Counted from the first letter of the stretch, positions 36,051 through 45,639 are shown. The stretch: 64,000 nucleotides of DNA from Candidatus Obscuribacterales bacterium (GCA_019748395.1 JAIEPM010000047.1:15084-79083); one strand, 5' to 3'. Made by a program: numbers and translations. Notes: generated by a model not told the origin, from the letters alone.

Positions 36051-37499
36051 ATGGACACTGTGCAGAGCTCCTCGACTCAGGCTGGAACAGAGTCCGGGAA
36101 AGAATCGCTCAGTCGGCTTGCAGGTCCGGTTCATTTTGTAGGTGTGGGCGGCATAGGCATGTCGGCGCTCGCCAGGTTATTGCTGGCTGAGGGTATCGAA
36201 GTATCGGGCTCGGATAAAGCTGCAAGCCCTATTACAGAAGAGCTTCAGGCTTTAGGCGCTGAGATTTTTATAGGTCATAAGGCTGAAAACGTAGCCAGGG
36301 CGGAGTCGCTGGTTTTGTCTACGGCAATCAGCAGTGAAAATCCTGAATTGAAACTGGCAAAAGAGAGAAATTTGCCTGTTTACCATCGCTCCGAGATTTT
36401 GCGCTATCTTGCTGAGAAAAAGAAAGCGATTGCCGTTTCCGGTACGCACGGCAAAACTACCACCACCGGCATGATTGCTCAAATGATGCTTGCTGCAGGC
36501 TATGACCCATCAGTAGTGGTCGGCGGCGTATTTGCCTACATGAACTCGAATGCTCATGCAGGCAAAGGAGAGTTTTTCGTGGCGGAGGCTGACGAAAGCG
36601 ACAGAAGCCATGCGCAACTGTCTTCGCAAATCGCTGTCGTCACCAATATCGAAGCAGACCACATGGAAAACTATCCAGGCGGCATGGAGCAGATTCTTGT
36701 TACCATGGCCAGTTTCGCCAATCGAGCCAGGCAATGTATTGTTCTTTGTAAGGATGATCCGGGCTGCATGCAGCTCTTGCCTTTGCTCGAAAAGAAAGTC
36801 GTAAGCTACGGGCAAGCTGAAGATGCTGACTATTCGATGAAGCTTGATGCAGACGGTTTGCAATTTCAGGTTTTCAAAAAAGGCAATTTGCTTGGTCCTG
36901 TCGAAATGAAAGTGCCGGGCTTGCATAATAAAATGAATGCGCTGGCTTCGATTGCAGTTTGCATGGAGTCGGGCATGAGTTTTGCACAGGCGGCCGAGGC
37001 TATATCTGCGTTCAAAGGAGTCGCCCGGCGCTTTGAACATATCGGTGAAAGCCACGGTGTGCTGGTGGTTGATGATTACGGGCACCACCCCACAGAAGTG
37101 AAAGCAACTCTTGAGGCTGCCAGGCAGTTCAAGAAAAACAGCGGACGCAAGGGGCGTACAGTGGCGGTGTTCCAGCCTCACCAGCCTGGACGCTTGCGCG
37201 ATTTATGGAATGAGTTTTGTCTGGCTTTTGAAAATGCCGACCTTGTGTTGCTGGCGGATATTTATGTGGCTCGCGGCGGTCAAATTGAAGGCATTAGTTC
37301 TGAACGCTTTTGCCGGGAACTGAATCACAAGAATGCGCATTATCTCTGCGGAGCAACAAAAGAGCTGCCCGCAAAAATTAAAGCCCACCTCTTAAACGGC
37401 GACCTTGTTTTGACAATCGGCGCCGGCGATATTACTTCTGTAGGTAAACCGCTTCTAGAACTGATTGAGAATGAAGGATTAGATGGAAGAATCGACTGA
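36051..37499 (+). CDS. murC: UDP-N-acetylmuramate--L-alanine ligase
   Basis: Motifs VHFVGVGGIGMSALA, SGTHGKTTTT, DESD and DDYGHHP. I prefer the ATG at 36051; the track ORF begins at a TTG at 36027. Confidence 0.9.
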   Translation: MDTVQSSSTQAGTESGKESLSRLAGPVHFVGVGGIGMSALARLLLAEGIEVSGSDKAASPITEELQALGAEIFIGHKAENVARAESLVLSTAISSENPELKLAKERNLPVYHRSEILRYLAEKKKAIAVSGTHGKTTTTGMIAQMMLAAGYDPSVVVGGVFAYMNSNAHAGKGEFFVAEADESDRSHAQLSSQIAVVTNIEADHMENYPGGMEQILVTMASFANRARQCIVLCKDDPGCMQLLPLLEKKVVSYGQAEDADYSMKLDADGLQFQVFKKGNLLGPVEMKVPGLHNKMNALASIAVCMESGMSFAQAAEAISAFKGVARRFEHIGESHGVLVVDDYGHHPTEVKATLEAARQFKKNSGRKGRTVAVFQPHQPGRLRDLWNEFCLAFENADLVLLADIYVARGGQIEGISSERFCRELNHKNAHYLCGATKELPAKIKAHLLNGDLVLTIGAGDITSVGKPLLELIENEGLDGRID

Positions 37500-38391
37500 T
37501 ACTCCCCTCTGGCGTTTTAGCACGATGAAACTGGGCGGTGAGGCAAGGCGCCTCTGCCAACCTCAATCCGCTGATGAACTGATCGGCTTAATCGAACAGC
37601 TTAAGCGTAACTCCGAGCCCTGGTTCATTTTAGGTGGCGGCTCCAACACTCTGGTTTCATCGGAGGGCGTGAACGGCACTGTTATTCGTATGACGCAAAT
37701 GACCAGACTGGCAACTCCTGAACCTGAGTTGCTGATTGCCGATGCCGGAGCAAGATTACCTCATCTGGCAAAGTACGCTGCCGGACTCGGACTTTCAGGG
37801 CTTGAATTTGCCGTCGGCATTCCTGGCACCGTGGGTGGTGCGGTCGTAATGAACGCCGGCGCTCATGGCAGCTGTATGGCAAACGTGGTGGAATCGGCTA
37901 CCGTGCTCGATTGCCGTAGCGGCAAAATAACAGAAATGAACAATGCCGATTTGCAATTTGTTTATCGCAATTCTGCAATTGACCCAAATACGCAAGTTGT
38001 TCTCTCTGCCAGGCTCAGGCTGAAGCCAGGTCCTGAAGAGGAAATTAAGAAGATCACCCAGCACAATGAAGAATATCGCTGGCGGACGCAGCCCCTCGGT
38101 TGGCCCAATCTGGGCAGCACTTTCAAAAATCCTTCAGCCGATAAATCTGCCGGACTTTTGCTTGATCAATCCGGTGCCAAGCAGTTCAAGGAAGGAAATG
38201 CGGCAGTTTCAGCCATACACGCGAATTTTGTAATTAATCTCGGTGGCGCCTCCAGCACCGAAGTGCTTCGACTCTTGCGCCGAATGCAAGAAGTCGTTTT
38301 TGAAAAACATGGATTGCACTTGCATCCTGAATGGAAAACCCTGGGCAATTTCTCTGAAAATCTCGCCGATATCTGGAATGGTGAATCATGA
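37483..38391 (+). CDS. murB: UDP-N-acetylenolpyruvoylglucosamine reductase
   Basis: MKLGGEA..., ILGGGSNTLV, GLEFAVGIPGTVGGAVVMNAGAHG and STFKNP. It overlaps the murC 3' end by 17 nt. Confidence 0.9.
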   Translation: MEESTDTPLWRFSTMKLGGEARRLCQPQSADELIGLIEQLKRNSEPWFILGGGSNTLVSSEGVNGTVIRMTQMTRLATPEPELLIADAGARLPHLAKYAAGLGLSGLEFAVGIPGTVGGAVVMNAGAHGSCMANVVESATVLDCRSGKITEMNNADLQFVYRNSAIDPNTQVVLSARLRLKPGPEEEIKKITQHNEEYRWRTQPLGWPNLGSTFKNPSADKSAGLLLDQSGAKQFKEGNAAVSAIHANFVINLGGASSTEVLRLLRRMQEVVFEKHGLHLHPEWKTLGNFSENLADIWNGES

Positions 38392-39368
38392 AAACAGCAC
38401 AGAACATCAACAAAAAGACTAAAGTAGGAGTTCTATGTGGCGGACTTTCCAATGAAAGGGAAGTCTCCCTGCGCTCCGGCAACAATTGTTTGAATGCGTT
38501 GAAGCGCCTTGGATACGAAAACGCCGAGTTAATTGATGTCGGCAAAGACGTATCTCAGGTATTGCAATCGAAAGGTATCGAAGTCGCTTTTATGGCCCTG
38601 CATGGTCGTTATGGTGAAGACGGCGCTATGCAAGGCGTGCTGGAATTGCTTGCTATTCCGTATACCGGCTCAGGCGTTCTTTCCAGTGCGGTGGCAATGA
38701 GCAAGCCGCTTACTAAGAAGCTGCTTTCCGCCAACAATATTTCATCGGCTCCGACCATCGTAATTACGGAAAGAGAACGAGCTCAAATTGACCAGATTCT
38801 TGCGGGCATAGATTGGCTGCCTGCCATGGTAAAACCACTGAACGAAGGGTCTTCCGTGGGCGTGCACAAAGTTACCGAGAAGTCCGAGATCAAAAAACTG
38901 GTTCTGGAAACGCTTGATCAGTTTGGTGGAGTTTTACTTGAAAAATTCATCAGTGGTCAGGAAATTACAGTCGGAGTTCTGGAAGAAAGACCGGAGAATC
39001 GCAACGGTAAAGATATATGGGCTCTGCCGATTCTGGAATTGCGTCCCAAATCAAAAGCCGGATTCTATGATTACGAAGCCAAATATACCAAAGGCATGAC
39101 CGAGTTTATTTTACCTGCCGAGCTTTCCAAGGAACTGAGCAAAAGCTGTCAGGAAACTGCAGTCGCCACATTTAAAGCGCTCAATTGCAGCGGCTATGCA
39201 CGGGTCGACATGATTGTCGGCAGTGACGGGCAAGCCTATGTTCTTGAAGTGAATACTTTGCCCGGAATGACCGACACTTCCGATTTGCCTGCAATGGCGC
39301 AGGAAGCAGGTATCGATTACGATCAGCTGGTTGAACGTATTTTGATGAGTGCCGGTTTGGACAAATAA
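38388..39368 (+). CDS. ddl: D-alanine--D-alanine ligase
   Basis: Motifs ALHGRYGEDGAMQGVLE, VKPLNEGSSVGV and EVNTLPGMT. ATGA start/stop overlap with murB. Confidence 0.9.
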   Translation: MKTAQNINKKTKVGVLCGGLSNEREVSLRSGNNCLNALKRLGYENAELIDVGKDVSQVLQSKGIEVAFMALHGRYGEDGAMQGVLELLAIPYTGSGVLSSAVAMSKPLTKKLLSANNISSAPTIVITERERAQIDQILAGIDWLPAMVKPLNEGSSVGVHKVTEKSEIKKLVLETLDQFGGVLLEKFISGQEITVGVLEERPENRNGKDIWALPILELRPKSKAGFYDYEAKYTKGMTEFILPAELSKELSKSCQETAVATFKALNCSGYARVDMIVGSDGQAYVLEVNTLPGMTDTSDLPAMAQEAGIDYDQLVERILMSAGLDK

Positions 39369-39373
39369 GCGAA

Positions 39374-39748
39374 CTAGGCTTCCATCAGCCAGTTTGTATG
39401 CGCCTTCGAATTCAATTGTGCATAACAACCGAACTCGGCAGGTAAATCGGAGAGCCCTTCCTTAGCCATCGCAACGGCTCTCAAAGCTTGCTGTGCTTTG
39501 ATCCTGGTTGCTTGCGGCACACCGGGTGCATCATAGATGAACTGGAAGAGTCTTTGCGCACTTGGGTACTGAGCTGTTTTGTAGTAGCATGCGCCTAAAA
39601 GCAGCCGTGCATCCCAGTTCTTGGGCTCCACGTCCAGGATTTCCTGCAACGCCGGGATTGCCTCTTTGTACTTCTTTGCTTTATAGAGCTGTAGCGCTTT
39701 AAGTGCGACTGATGCATCAAGATTACAGGTGTTAAATGTGATTTCCAT
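39374..39748 (-). CDS. Small TPR protein
   Basis: 124 aa with two to three TPR units (ALQLYKAKKYKEAIPALQEILDVEPKNWDARLLLGACYYKTAQYPSAQRLF). Its stop is 5 nt from the ddl stop (convergent). Confidence 0.65.
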   Translation of the reverse strand: MEITFNTCNLDASVALKALQLYKAKKYKEAIPALQEILDVEPKNWDARLLLGACYYKTAQYPSAQRLFQFIYDAPGVPQATRIKAQQALRAVAMAKEGLSDLPAEFGCYAQLNSKAHTNWLMEA

Positions 39749-39883
39749 TGGGTTCTCTACTTTCTCGATATAACAGTCTCTGGGCGCCGGACCAGAGTCT
39801 CTTGTGGATAGTCAGCATGGGAGATGCTTATACTAGTCAAGCAGTTGCAGGCTAAAAGCGTAATCAGCGAATTGCAGGACAAA

Positions 39884-39910
39884 AGGGTCCGTCAGCTGAC
39901 GGATTTATTA
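39884..39910 (-). terminator. Possible bidirectional hairpin terminator
   Basis: TCCGTCAGCTGACGGA (39888-39903) is a perfect 16-nt palindrome, i.e. a 6-bp stem with a 4-nt loop. An A-run lies on the left and TTTATTA on the right. Confidence 0.3.
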
Positions 39911-40126
39911 TGCCAATCTAATTTATCGGCTATGCCGGGGGAATTCTTCAAGGCATAGTTTGCAAGTTGTCTACAGTGACAATTTGAATGATTGAAGATT
40001 TTTTCGAGGCTCAATGCCTGCTTCTTTGCTCTTGATCCTTTTACAGAGTAGTTGCCAGTGCAATGCGCTCTCTGCAGAAAAATGGAGCTGCCCGAAAAAT
40101 TCCACAATCTGAAAAACGAATTTGAT

Positions 40127-40315
40127 TTAGCGTTGTCGGATCAAAATAAGTGGTTTCAAGAGCATGCAAAAAAAGAAGATACCCGATAGCACCACTGCAT
40201 CAAACTTGGGGGGAACCAGCGTATTGCTCAAAACACCAAACGCTACAAGCGCCACCAGAACCCAGTAGAGGACCTCATCCAGATATTCAATCTTCGCGCG
40301 AAGACTAATTTTCAT
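40127..40315 (-). CDS. Small two-helix membrane protein (hypothetical)
   Basis: Internal ATG at 40315 with GGAG 8 nt upstream. The product is MKISLRAKIEYLDEVLYWVLVALVAFGVLSNTLVPPKFDAVVLSGIFFFCMLLKPLILIRQR. The longer track ORF (to 40426) adds a Cys/Arg-rich leader that looks non-coding. Confidence 0.4.
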   Translation of the reverse strand: MKISLRAKIEYLDEVLYWVLVALVAFGVLSNTLVPPKFDAVVLSGIFFFCMLLKPLILIRQR

Positions 40316-40485
40316 CGTTATACTCCGGGGGGAAGAGTCAGATTCGCCAAGCCGTGCCATCCAGCAACAGTATGCATTCTGCATTGACTGCCTGCAAGAT
40401 ATTAGTATGCGTAGATTCGCTGACATCTACGTTACTTAGTTGTGGGAGAACTACTAGTGAGTCTTTCTCGTTTCCTTATCTGTGC

Positions 40486-41565
40486 TTAATCCAGCTTGCG
40501 CCCGGTGAGGTTGCCAAGCCATTGCCGAATTTTTGCCACAAGAGTGTTGCCACCAGTTTCGGTATCATCAAATTCGTTTAGTCGACCTTTGCTGTCTTTG
40601 CTCGGTTTGGCGGCTTTGAGATTCATATTTCGGAAGCGCGCAGATTGAAGGGCTTCCTGTTTTCTCTCTTCCAGCTCCAGCTCAGCATCTTCATCAATGC
40701 CGAGTTCCGGAATTTCGAACTCTGGATGGATGCTTTTGTATATTTTGAAGAGTTCGAATTGTACTGCTCTGGCGGATGGTGGTCTTTCATCCTTTTCGTG
40801 CGATGTGCACCTTGTAATCAAGGAATCGAGAGCCGGGAGAACATTTGGATTCAAGTGCATCGGCTTGCAAGGTGTAAGCGGTTTCGGTCTGACGCCCGTG
40901 AGCAAGTGGTGCATGGTGGCACCGAGAGAGTAGAGGTCGCCCCTTGGCTCCGGTTGACCGAAGTATTGTTCGGGAGGAGAGTAGCCTGAAGTAATAACTC
41001 TGGTTGCAGGTCCCTTCGGCTCGAAATCTCGGGCAATACCGAAATCAACAAAGACTACGAGTCCGTCCGGCCGGAGCATGAGATTGCTTGGTTTTAGATC
41101 TCTATAAATGATTGGAGGTTTTTCGCTGTGCAGATATTCAAGCACGTCGCAGCACTGAATCCCGATGCGAACTACTGTTTCAGAATCCAGCGAGCCTTCC
41201 TTTTGCACGACTTCTTCCAGGTTGCTGCCGGGGATATATTCCATCACTACATAGAGACCTTCCTCAGAATAGTGGTCATCCAGAAATTTGACTATGCCGC
41301 GATGATTCAGCTTGCGAAGTAGCTCGGCCTCTCGCTGGCAGATTTTGATCATTTCAATTTGAGCGTTGAGATCTTTCTTTTCGTTCAGGATTTTCTTGAC
41401 AACGCATTGTCTGTCGTCGTGCAGCGTATCTTCAGCAAGATAAACCTCACCCATGCCTCCTCCTCCGAGAGGCTGAATGAAGTTGAAGCGGTCGATCCAG
41501 TTTTCGCTTTGCTCGTGCATTTTGTACTTTATCTGTAGCCTGGATTCAGCAATAGAATCCAACAA
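40486..41565 (-). CDS. Hanks-type Ser/Thr protein kinase, soluble (no TM helix)
   Basis: Kinase motifs GGGGMGEVYLA, VVKKI, YRDLKPSNLM, DFGIA, SPPEQ. The C-terminal tail is charged. The start is either the TTG at 41565 or the ATG at 41520. Confidence 0.85.
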   Translation of the reverse strand: MLDSIAESRLQIKYKMHEQSENWIDRFNFIQPLGGGGMGEVYLAEDTLHDDRQCVVKKILNEKKDLNAQIEMIKICQREAELLRKLNHRGIVKFLDDHYSEEGLYVVMEYIPGSNLEEVVQKEGSLDSETVVRIGIQCCDVLEYLHSEKPPIIYRDLKPSNLMLRPDGLVVFVDFGIARDFEPKGPATRVITSGYSPPEQYFGQPEPRGDLYSLGATMHHLLTGVRPKPLTPCKPMHLNPNVLPALDSLITRCTSHEKDERPPSARAVQFELFKIYKSIHPEFEIPELGIDEDAELELEERKQEALQSARFRNMNLKAAKPSKDSKGRLNEFDDTETGGNTLVAKIRQWLGNLTGRKLD

Positions 41566-41652
41566 CTATCTACCCTGAAATGGCAGAGAATGAACGTTTT
41601 GGCTCAATCTTGCGCTGTTTTGCGCTTTTCAAGAGGAGGCTTGAAAATTGCG

Positions 41653-41681
41653 TTGACATACGAATGTATGGGTGCTATGTT
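41653..41681 (+). promoter_or_regulatory. Sigma70-like promoter candidate for ssb
   Basis: TTGACA (41653-41658), a 17-nt spacer, then TATGTT (41676-41681), about 90 nt upstream of the ssb ATG. Confidence 0.35.
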
Positions 41682-41770
41682 TTAAACATCTCCCCAACGT
41701 ATTAACAACTAAGAAACAGCTCGAGCGGCGGGTCCTACTGCTCGTTGAGTTTTTGTCGGAGGATTTTTTT

Positions 41771-42256
41771 ATGAGCATGGTAAACGTATCACTCGTTGGG
41801 AATCTGGTTCGTGCTCCCGAGCAAATCTGTTTTGCCAGCGGGCGTGTGAAGACTGTTCTGGTAATTGCTGTCAATTCTCAGAGCCACAAATCCGCCGACA
41901 AGCCAAGTGAGCCGCTTGCAGATTTCTACAGAATTGAAACCTGGGGAAAGCTGGCAGAGCTGGCGCAAAAATATCTGAACAAAGGTAACCAGGTCGGAGT
42001 AAGCGGCAGGTTGATCATGGAGCACTGGACTGATAAACAGGGGCGGGAAAGACTCACACCGGTCGTCTCGGCTACTCAATTGTCTTTTCCTCCGCGCAAC
42101 AATCGGGAGTCTGACTCAGCTTCGGCAGAAAACTCTGCGTCAAAAACAGATTATGAAGACGACGATCTTTTTGCCGGAGCCAGAGCCGTCACGGTTGCCG
42201 AAGCACCGGCTCACTATTATCGCAGTCGATTGAAAAGCGCATCGGCACGTCGCTGA
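41771..42256 (+). CDS. ssb: Single-stranded DNA-binding protein with a non-canonical basic C-terminal extension
   Basis: GGAGG lies 7 nt upstream of the ATG at 41771. The OB-fold start is MSMVNVSLVGNLVRAPE...FYRIETWGKLAE...VGVSGRL. The acidic tip EDDDLF (42155-42172) is followed by 27 more residues. Confidence 0.85.
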   Translation: MSMVNVSLVGNLVRAPEQICFASGRVKTVLVIAVNSQSHKSADKPSEPLADFYRIETWGKLAELAQKYLNKGNQVGVSGRLIMEHWTDKQGRERLTPVVSATQLSFPPRNNRESDSASAENSASKTDYEDDDLFAGARAVTVAEAPAHYYRSRLKSASARR

Positions 42257-42658
42257 ATTGACTTTCAAAGTTTTTGATTTTGAGCCCTGGCGATGATGCT
42301 GAGCTTCGCCTGTGCTCAAACACTTCAAATTTTTTCCCAGCTATGAAAGGAGCAAATAGAATGATTGAGCCATTGCTAAAAGGAATCAATGCTCTGAGCT
42401 GTCCTATATCCGGACTGCCACCCTAAGGGCTTTGTAATTGTTTTTCTTTCGCTCCTCGCGAATTGACCAGGTGCCGGAAATTTTCAATTCCGGGCATAAG
42501 CATGCTCTGTATTTTCACCAATAAATTCCGGTATGCCTGAGTCTTCGCCCAAATTTAGAACTCCTATTTGTCCTGTCCCGCAGTCAGCAAAAGTTCCATT
42601 CAGGAAATCCAAATTGCAATCTCTGGCTTTGCGGGTCAGGGCTCATGGAGTTTTTCAA

Positions 42659-43972
42659 TCAGAATCTTTGTGAGAAAGCAAATGTCGCCTGGTGATCCCA
42701 GTAAGTTACCTGTTTGTCTTGCCAGCGTATAAAGCGAACACCGCCGTCTTGTGAAATTACAATTGCCAGCGTTTCTCTTAGCTCATGGCACATGTCGTAA
42801 GCCGAGCGGTGTCTGGTGCCTACCCCTCTTGTTGATTCAAGTTTGAATCTTTTCCCCTCAAGGTCAAGTGCTCTGGCCACGGTCGAGACATTCGCCAGGT
42901 CACAGCGAATTTCCGCACCAAATCCCAGGAGTTCAAAGCGGCGTGTCATCACAACTGCGCCATCCACTGTCGATAGTGCTGCAATTAAATGCGACATTTC
43001 AAAAATCGCTTCATCGAGAGCGCTTACTCTTGGGTCTCCTGAATCTTGATAATCTTGCCAGCTAATTTGATGTTTTTCTTTTTGCGCATTTTCGGCAAGA
43101 GTGTTCATCATCGAAACAATGAGTGTGCGAAAGCGTGCTCTAGGTTCATCTTGCACGAATTTGTATCTAAGATTGATATAGCGGTTCGAAGCTGTCAGCT
43201 CCGGAGCAAGAGCCGGCGGGACCATGATCAATGTGCCACCATGTCTGAATGCTCGAATTGCCGCAAGTACCCTTTTCACCATATGTTGATCGATCAAATG
43301 GGTTAATTCAGGATCAAGAGTCGCCCAGTCTGCATCTGCATGTTCCTTGGCTTGATTATGTAGCTCTGTTCTTTCGGCTCTAGTTTCGGCAAAAAGCTCT
43401 TGCAGCCATACTGAATGAAAAACATTGGTGGATGGTCCAAACACACGACCTTCGCTTAATTGTCCTACCGTAACCGAGCCCTTGCAGACTTCGATGCATC
43501 CCGGGCCTGTGACATTTATTACTAAAGTGGAAGGCAGTTTTGGTGCTGAGCCTTTGCCTCCAAGCTGAGTATGCAGCCAGCGTGTTCCGGAGTGAACGAT
43601 TCCCCAGATTTGAGGTCCGCTATTTCCGTCAAGTCTGATTCCCAATAATGAACGATAAAAATTGGCTGCATGAACCAGAGATTTCAATTCTTGGGGCACG
43701 CAAGGAACGTATTCGTCGAAAATAAGTCGATGCAATCCCAGCGGTGGTCCATCATCTGCCGGGAAACTTTCCGGTTCGCACAGTACCATTCTGAACATCA
43801 AAGGGCGTTCTTCTTCTCGCAATAAACTTGCTTGATAGGCTGTGGATATAAGCGCTTCAAGCATAGGCAGTCCCGGCAGTTCACTTTCTTCCGCGTCTCC
43901 GTTTGAAACTTCAAGCCAGTGTTCATGAACGAAGGCTGCTAATTGCTGGGGATATCCATGATTAGTCCACAT
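42659..43972 (-). CDS. Diadenylate-cyclase-fold (DisA_N/DAC) protein with about 220-aa N-terminal uncharacterised (DACNV-like?) sensor region
   Basis: AGAGGA lies 9 nt upstream of the ATG. The C-terminal half contains FRHGGTLIMVPP, STVDGAVVMTRRFELLGFGAEI (DGA motif) and GVGTRHRSAYDMCHELRETLAIVISQDGGVRFI (RHR motif plus SE-etG-like strand). No TM helices. Confidence 0.75.
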   Translation of the reverse strand: MWTNHGYPQQLAAFVHEHWLEVSNGDAEESELPGLPMLEALISTAYQASLLREEERPLMFRMVLCEPESFPADDGPPLGLHRLIFDEYVPCVPQELKSLVHAANFYRSLLGIRLDGNSGPQIWGIVHSGTRWLHTQLGGKGSAPKLPSTLVINVTGPGCIEVCKGSVTVGQLSEGRVFGPSTNVFHSVWLQELFAETRAERTELHNQAKEHADADWATLDPELTHLIDQHMVKRVLAAIRAFRHGGTLIMVPPALAPELTASNRYINLRYKFVQDEPRARFRTLIVSMMNTLAENAQKEKHQISWQDYQDSGDPRVSALDEAIFEMSHLIAALSTVDGAVVMTRRFELLGFGAEIRCDLANVSTVARALDLEGKRFKLESTRGVGTRHRSAYDMCHELRETLAIVISQDGGVRFIRWQDKQVTYWDHQATFAFSQRF

Positions 43973-44274
43973 CTATCTCAGTCCTCTTGCGTTCCTGCCT
44001 TAAATCGCTGTCTGGCTTGACCATTGACTGCTTATAAAAGGGCGCAATCGTATTTTAGAGCATTCATTTCCATACAGACGAATCCAGTATTTTGAAGCTC
44101 AAAAGAGTCGTCGCTTCCTCTTGCCATCGTTTGGTCCAGCTAAATTTATGGTTCTGCCTGTCTAAAGAGTATATGCTGCCACCGAACTCCACCGGGTCGA
44201 GCTTTTCCAGTTAGAAAGCTTCTCAGGAAGCAAAGTGATAGTATGGGCAAATCTCTTTTGACAGGACTTTTGAA

Positions 44275-45639
44275 ATGAATCTCGCTTTGAAAAACAGACT
44301 GAGGCTACTATTCTCGAGTGCGTTTTGTTTGCTTGCTTTGACTGCCTGTGACGACGCCTATCTCAGTTGGTCTCCCGATGGTAATTCAATGGCTTTTATC
44401 GGTAATGATGGACTTCATTTTGCAGATGCCGACGGCAATTTATCAGGCACCATTGGTGAGGCAGAGCAAGTCGCCTGGCTTCCTGATTCCAAAAGAGTAG
44501 TGATCACCGATTCTTTCCGACGAGCCCGCTGGACTGATGCTAAAGAATATTTGACGGCAACACAGCAGAAAGAAGCCATTGAACTTGCAAGTTACATAGA
44601 AAGGCAAATTGAACTTCGTGGTTTGGATGCGCTGGATAAGGACGAAAAATTCAAGCAAGCTCCGCAATATTTGACTAGCGCCGCAATGCTTTATTTGCTG
44701 GAAACCGATGCTCCGCATCTTAAAGTGATCATCGGCAAGTCTTATGATGACATTGTGAAATTTTGCGCACTTGAGATTCATCGACTGAAAGTTCGAGAAG
44801 CAAATGTGGCTTCTGAATCTAAGGAACTATGGCATGGTTTGGCCGACATTGTAGGCGCCCGCATTTCGCCGGATGGTCGATTTGCATTAATTGTACAGAA
44901 GAAGCAAAGTGAATCGGATCTTTATGATTTGATGTTGATGCCTCTCGAGCCGAATGCAAACCCGATAAAAATTGCAGATATTGCTGCTGAGAATCCAGCC
45001 TGGACTCCGGATTCGCGAAATGTCATCTTTATGGAAGCGCTCGATAAAAATAACTCTCGAACCAATCTTGCTTCGCTTTCATTGTTGGCTGTCCGCGGTG
45101 ATGACGGCGCTCTTCTGAAAACGTTTTCCAGTCCAAGCAAATTGCTTTATCTCGTACAAAGTGCAAATTCCGATATTCATTGTTTGAAAGATGGAAGAAT
45201 TCTATTCAGCTCAGCTTCTGTCGAATTGCCTGCAACGGGCCGCGAATTGTCCGGGAAAGAAAATGTCTTTTCCTTTAAGCTCGGCGAGCATTTTGCCAGA
45301 AAGCTAATGTCGACCAATGATGCCGAAAACGAGCATGGCGTCAGCCCAATGCAAGTAAACTCCGATGAAACTAGATTGATTTTGGGACGGGATCACTACT
45401 TGCATATTTTGAATTTGCAAAGCGGTAATGTGGATACAGTTGAAATCAAAGAAACTTTCAAACCCTGCTGGCGTAACGCTGATGAACTCTGCTTCGCTCA
45501 GCCTGTAAAAGAGAAATCAGCAAATCGTCACGATGCTGAAATCGTGCTTCACTCAATGTCCACCGGCAAGGAGCGAATAATTAGCAATAACTGGCCTGCA
45601 ACTGCGGTTGACGGAATCCTAATAGAGAAGAAAAAATGA
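44275..45639 (+). CDS. Lipoprotein with TolB-like (PD40/WD40-like) beta-propeller repeats
   Basis: Lipobox LLALTAC. Repeated WSPDGNSMAF, WLPDSKRVV, ISPDGRFALI, WTPDSRNVIF. Confidence 0.75.
   Translation: MNLALKNRLRLLFSSAFCLLALTACDDAYLSWSPDGNSMAFIGNDGLHFADADGNLSGTIGEAEQVAWLPDSKRVVITDSFRRARWTDAKEYLTATQQKEAIELASYIERQIELRGLDALDKDEKFKQAPQYLTSAAMLYLLETDAPHLKVIIGKSYDDIVKFCALEIHRLKVREANVASESKELWHGLADIVGARISPDGRFALIVQKKQSESDLYDLMLMPLEPNANPIKIADIAAENPAWTPDSRNVIFMEALDKNNSRTNLASLSLLAVRGDDGALLKTFSSPSKLLYLVQSANSDIHCLKDGRILFSSASVELPATGRELSGKENVFSFKLGEHFARKLMSTNDAENEHGVSPMQVNSDETRLILGRDHYLHILNLQSGNVDTVEIKETFKPCWRNADELCFAQPVKEKSANRHDAEIVLHSMSTGKERIISNNWPATAVDGILIEKKK

Noticed and set aside
36510-37181. 223-aa minus-strand ORF inside murC.
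   Set aside because: It is antisense to a clearly conserved MurC (GTHGKTTTT etc.). Its Cys/His/Arg/Phe-rich composition looks non-protein-like.
39892-40107. 71-aa TTG-initiated minus-strand ORF in the gap between the small TPR gene and the small membrane protein.
   Set aside because: It has no SD and a non-canonical start. Its hydrophilic Cys/His/Asn-rich product has no motif, and its stop is embedded in the palindromic hairpin. It is kept only as a possibility.
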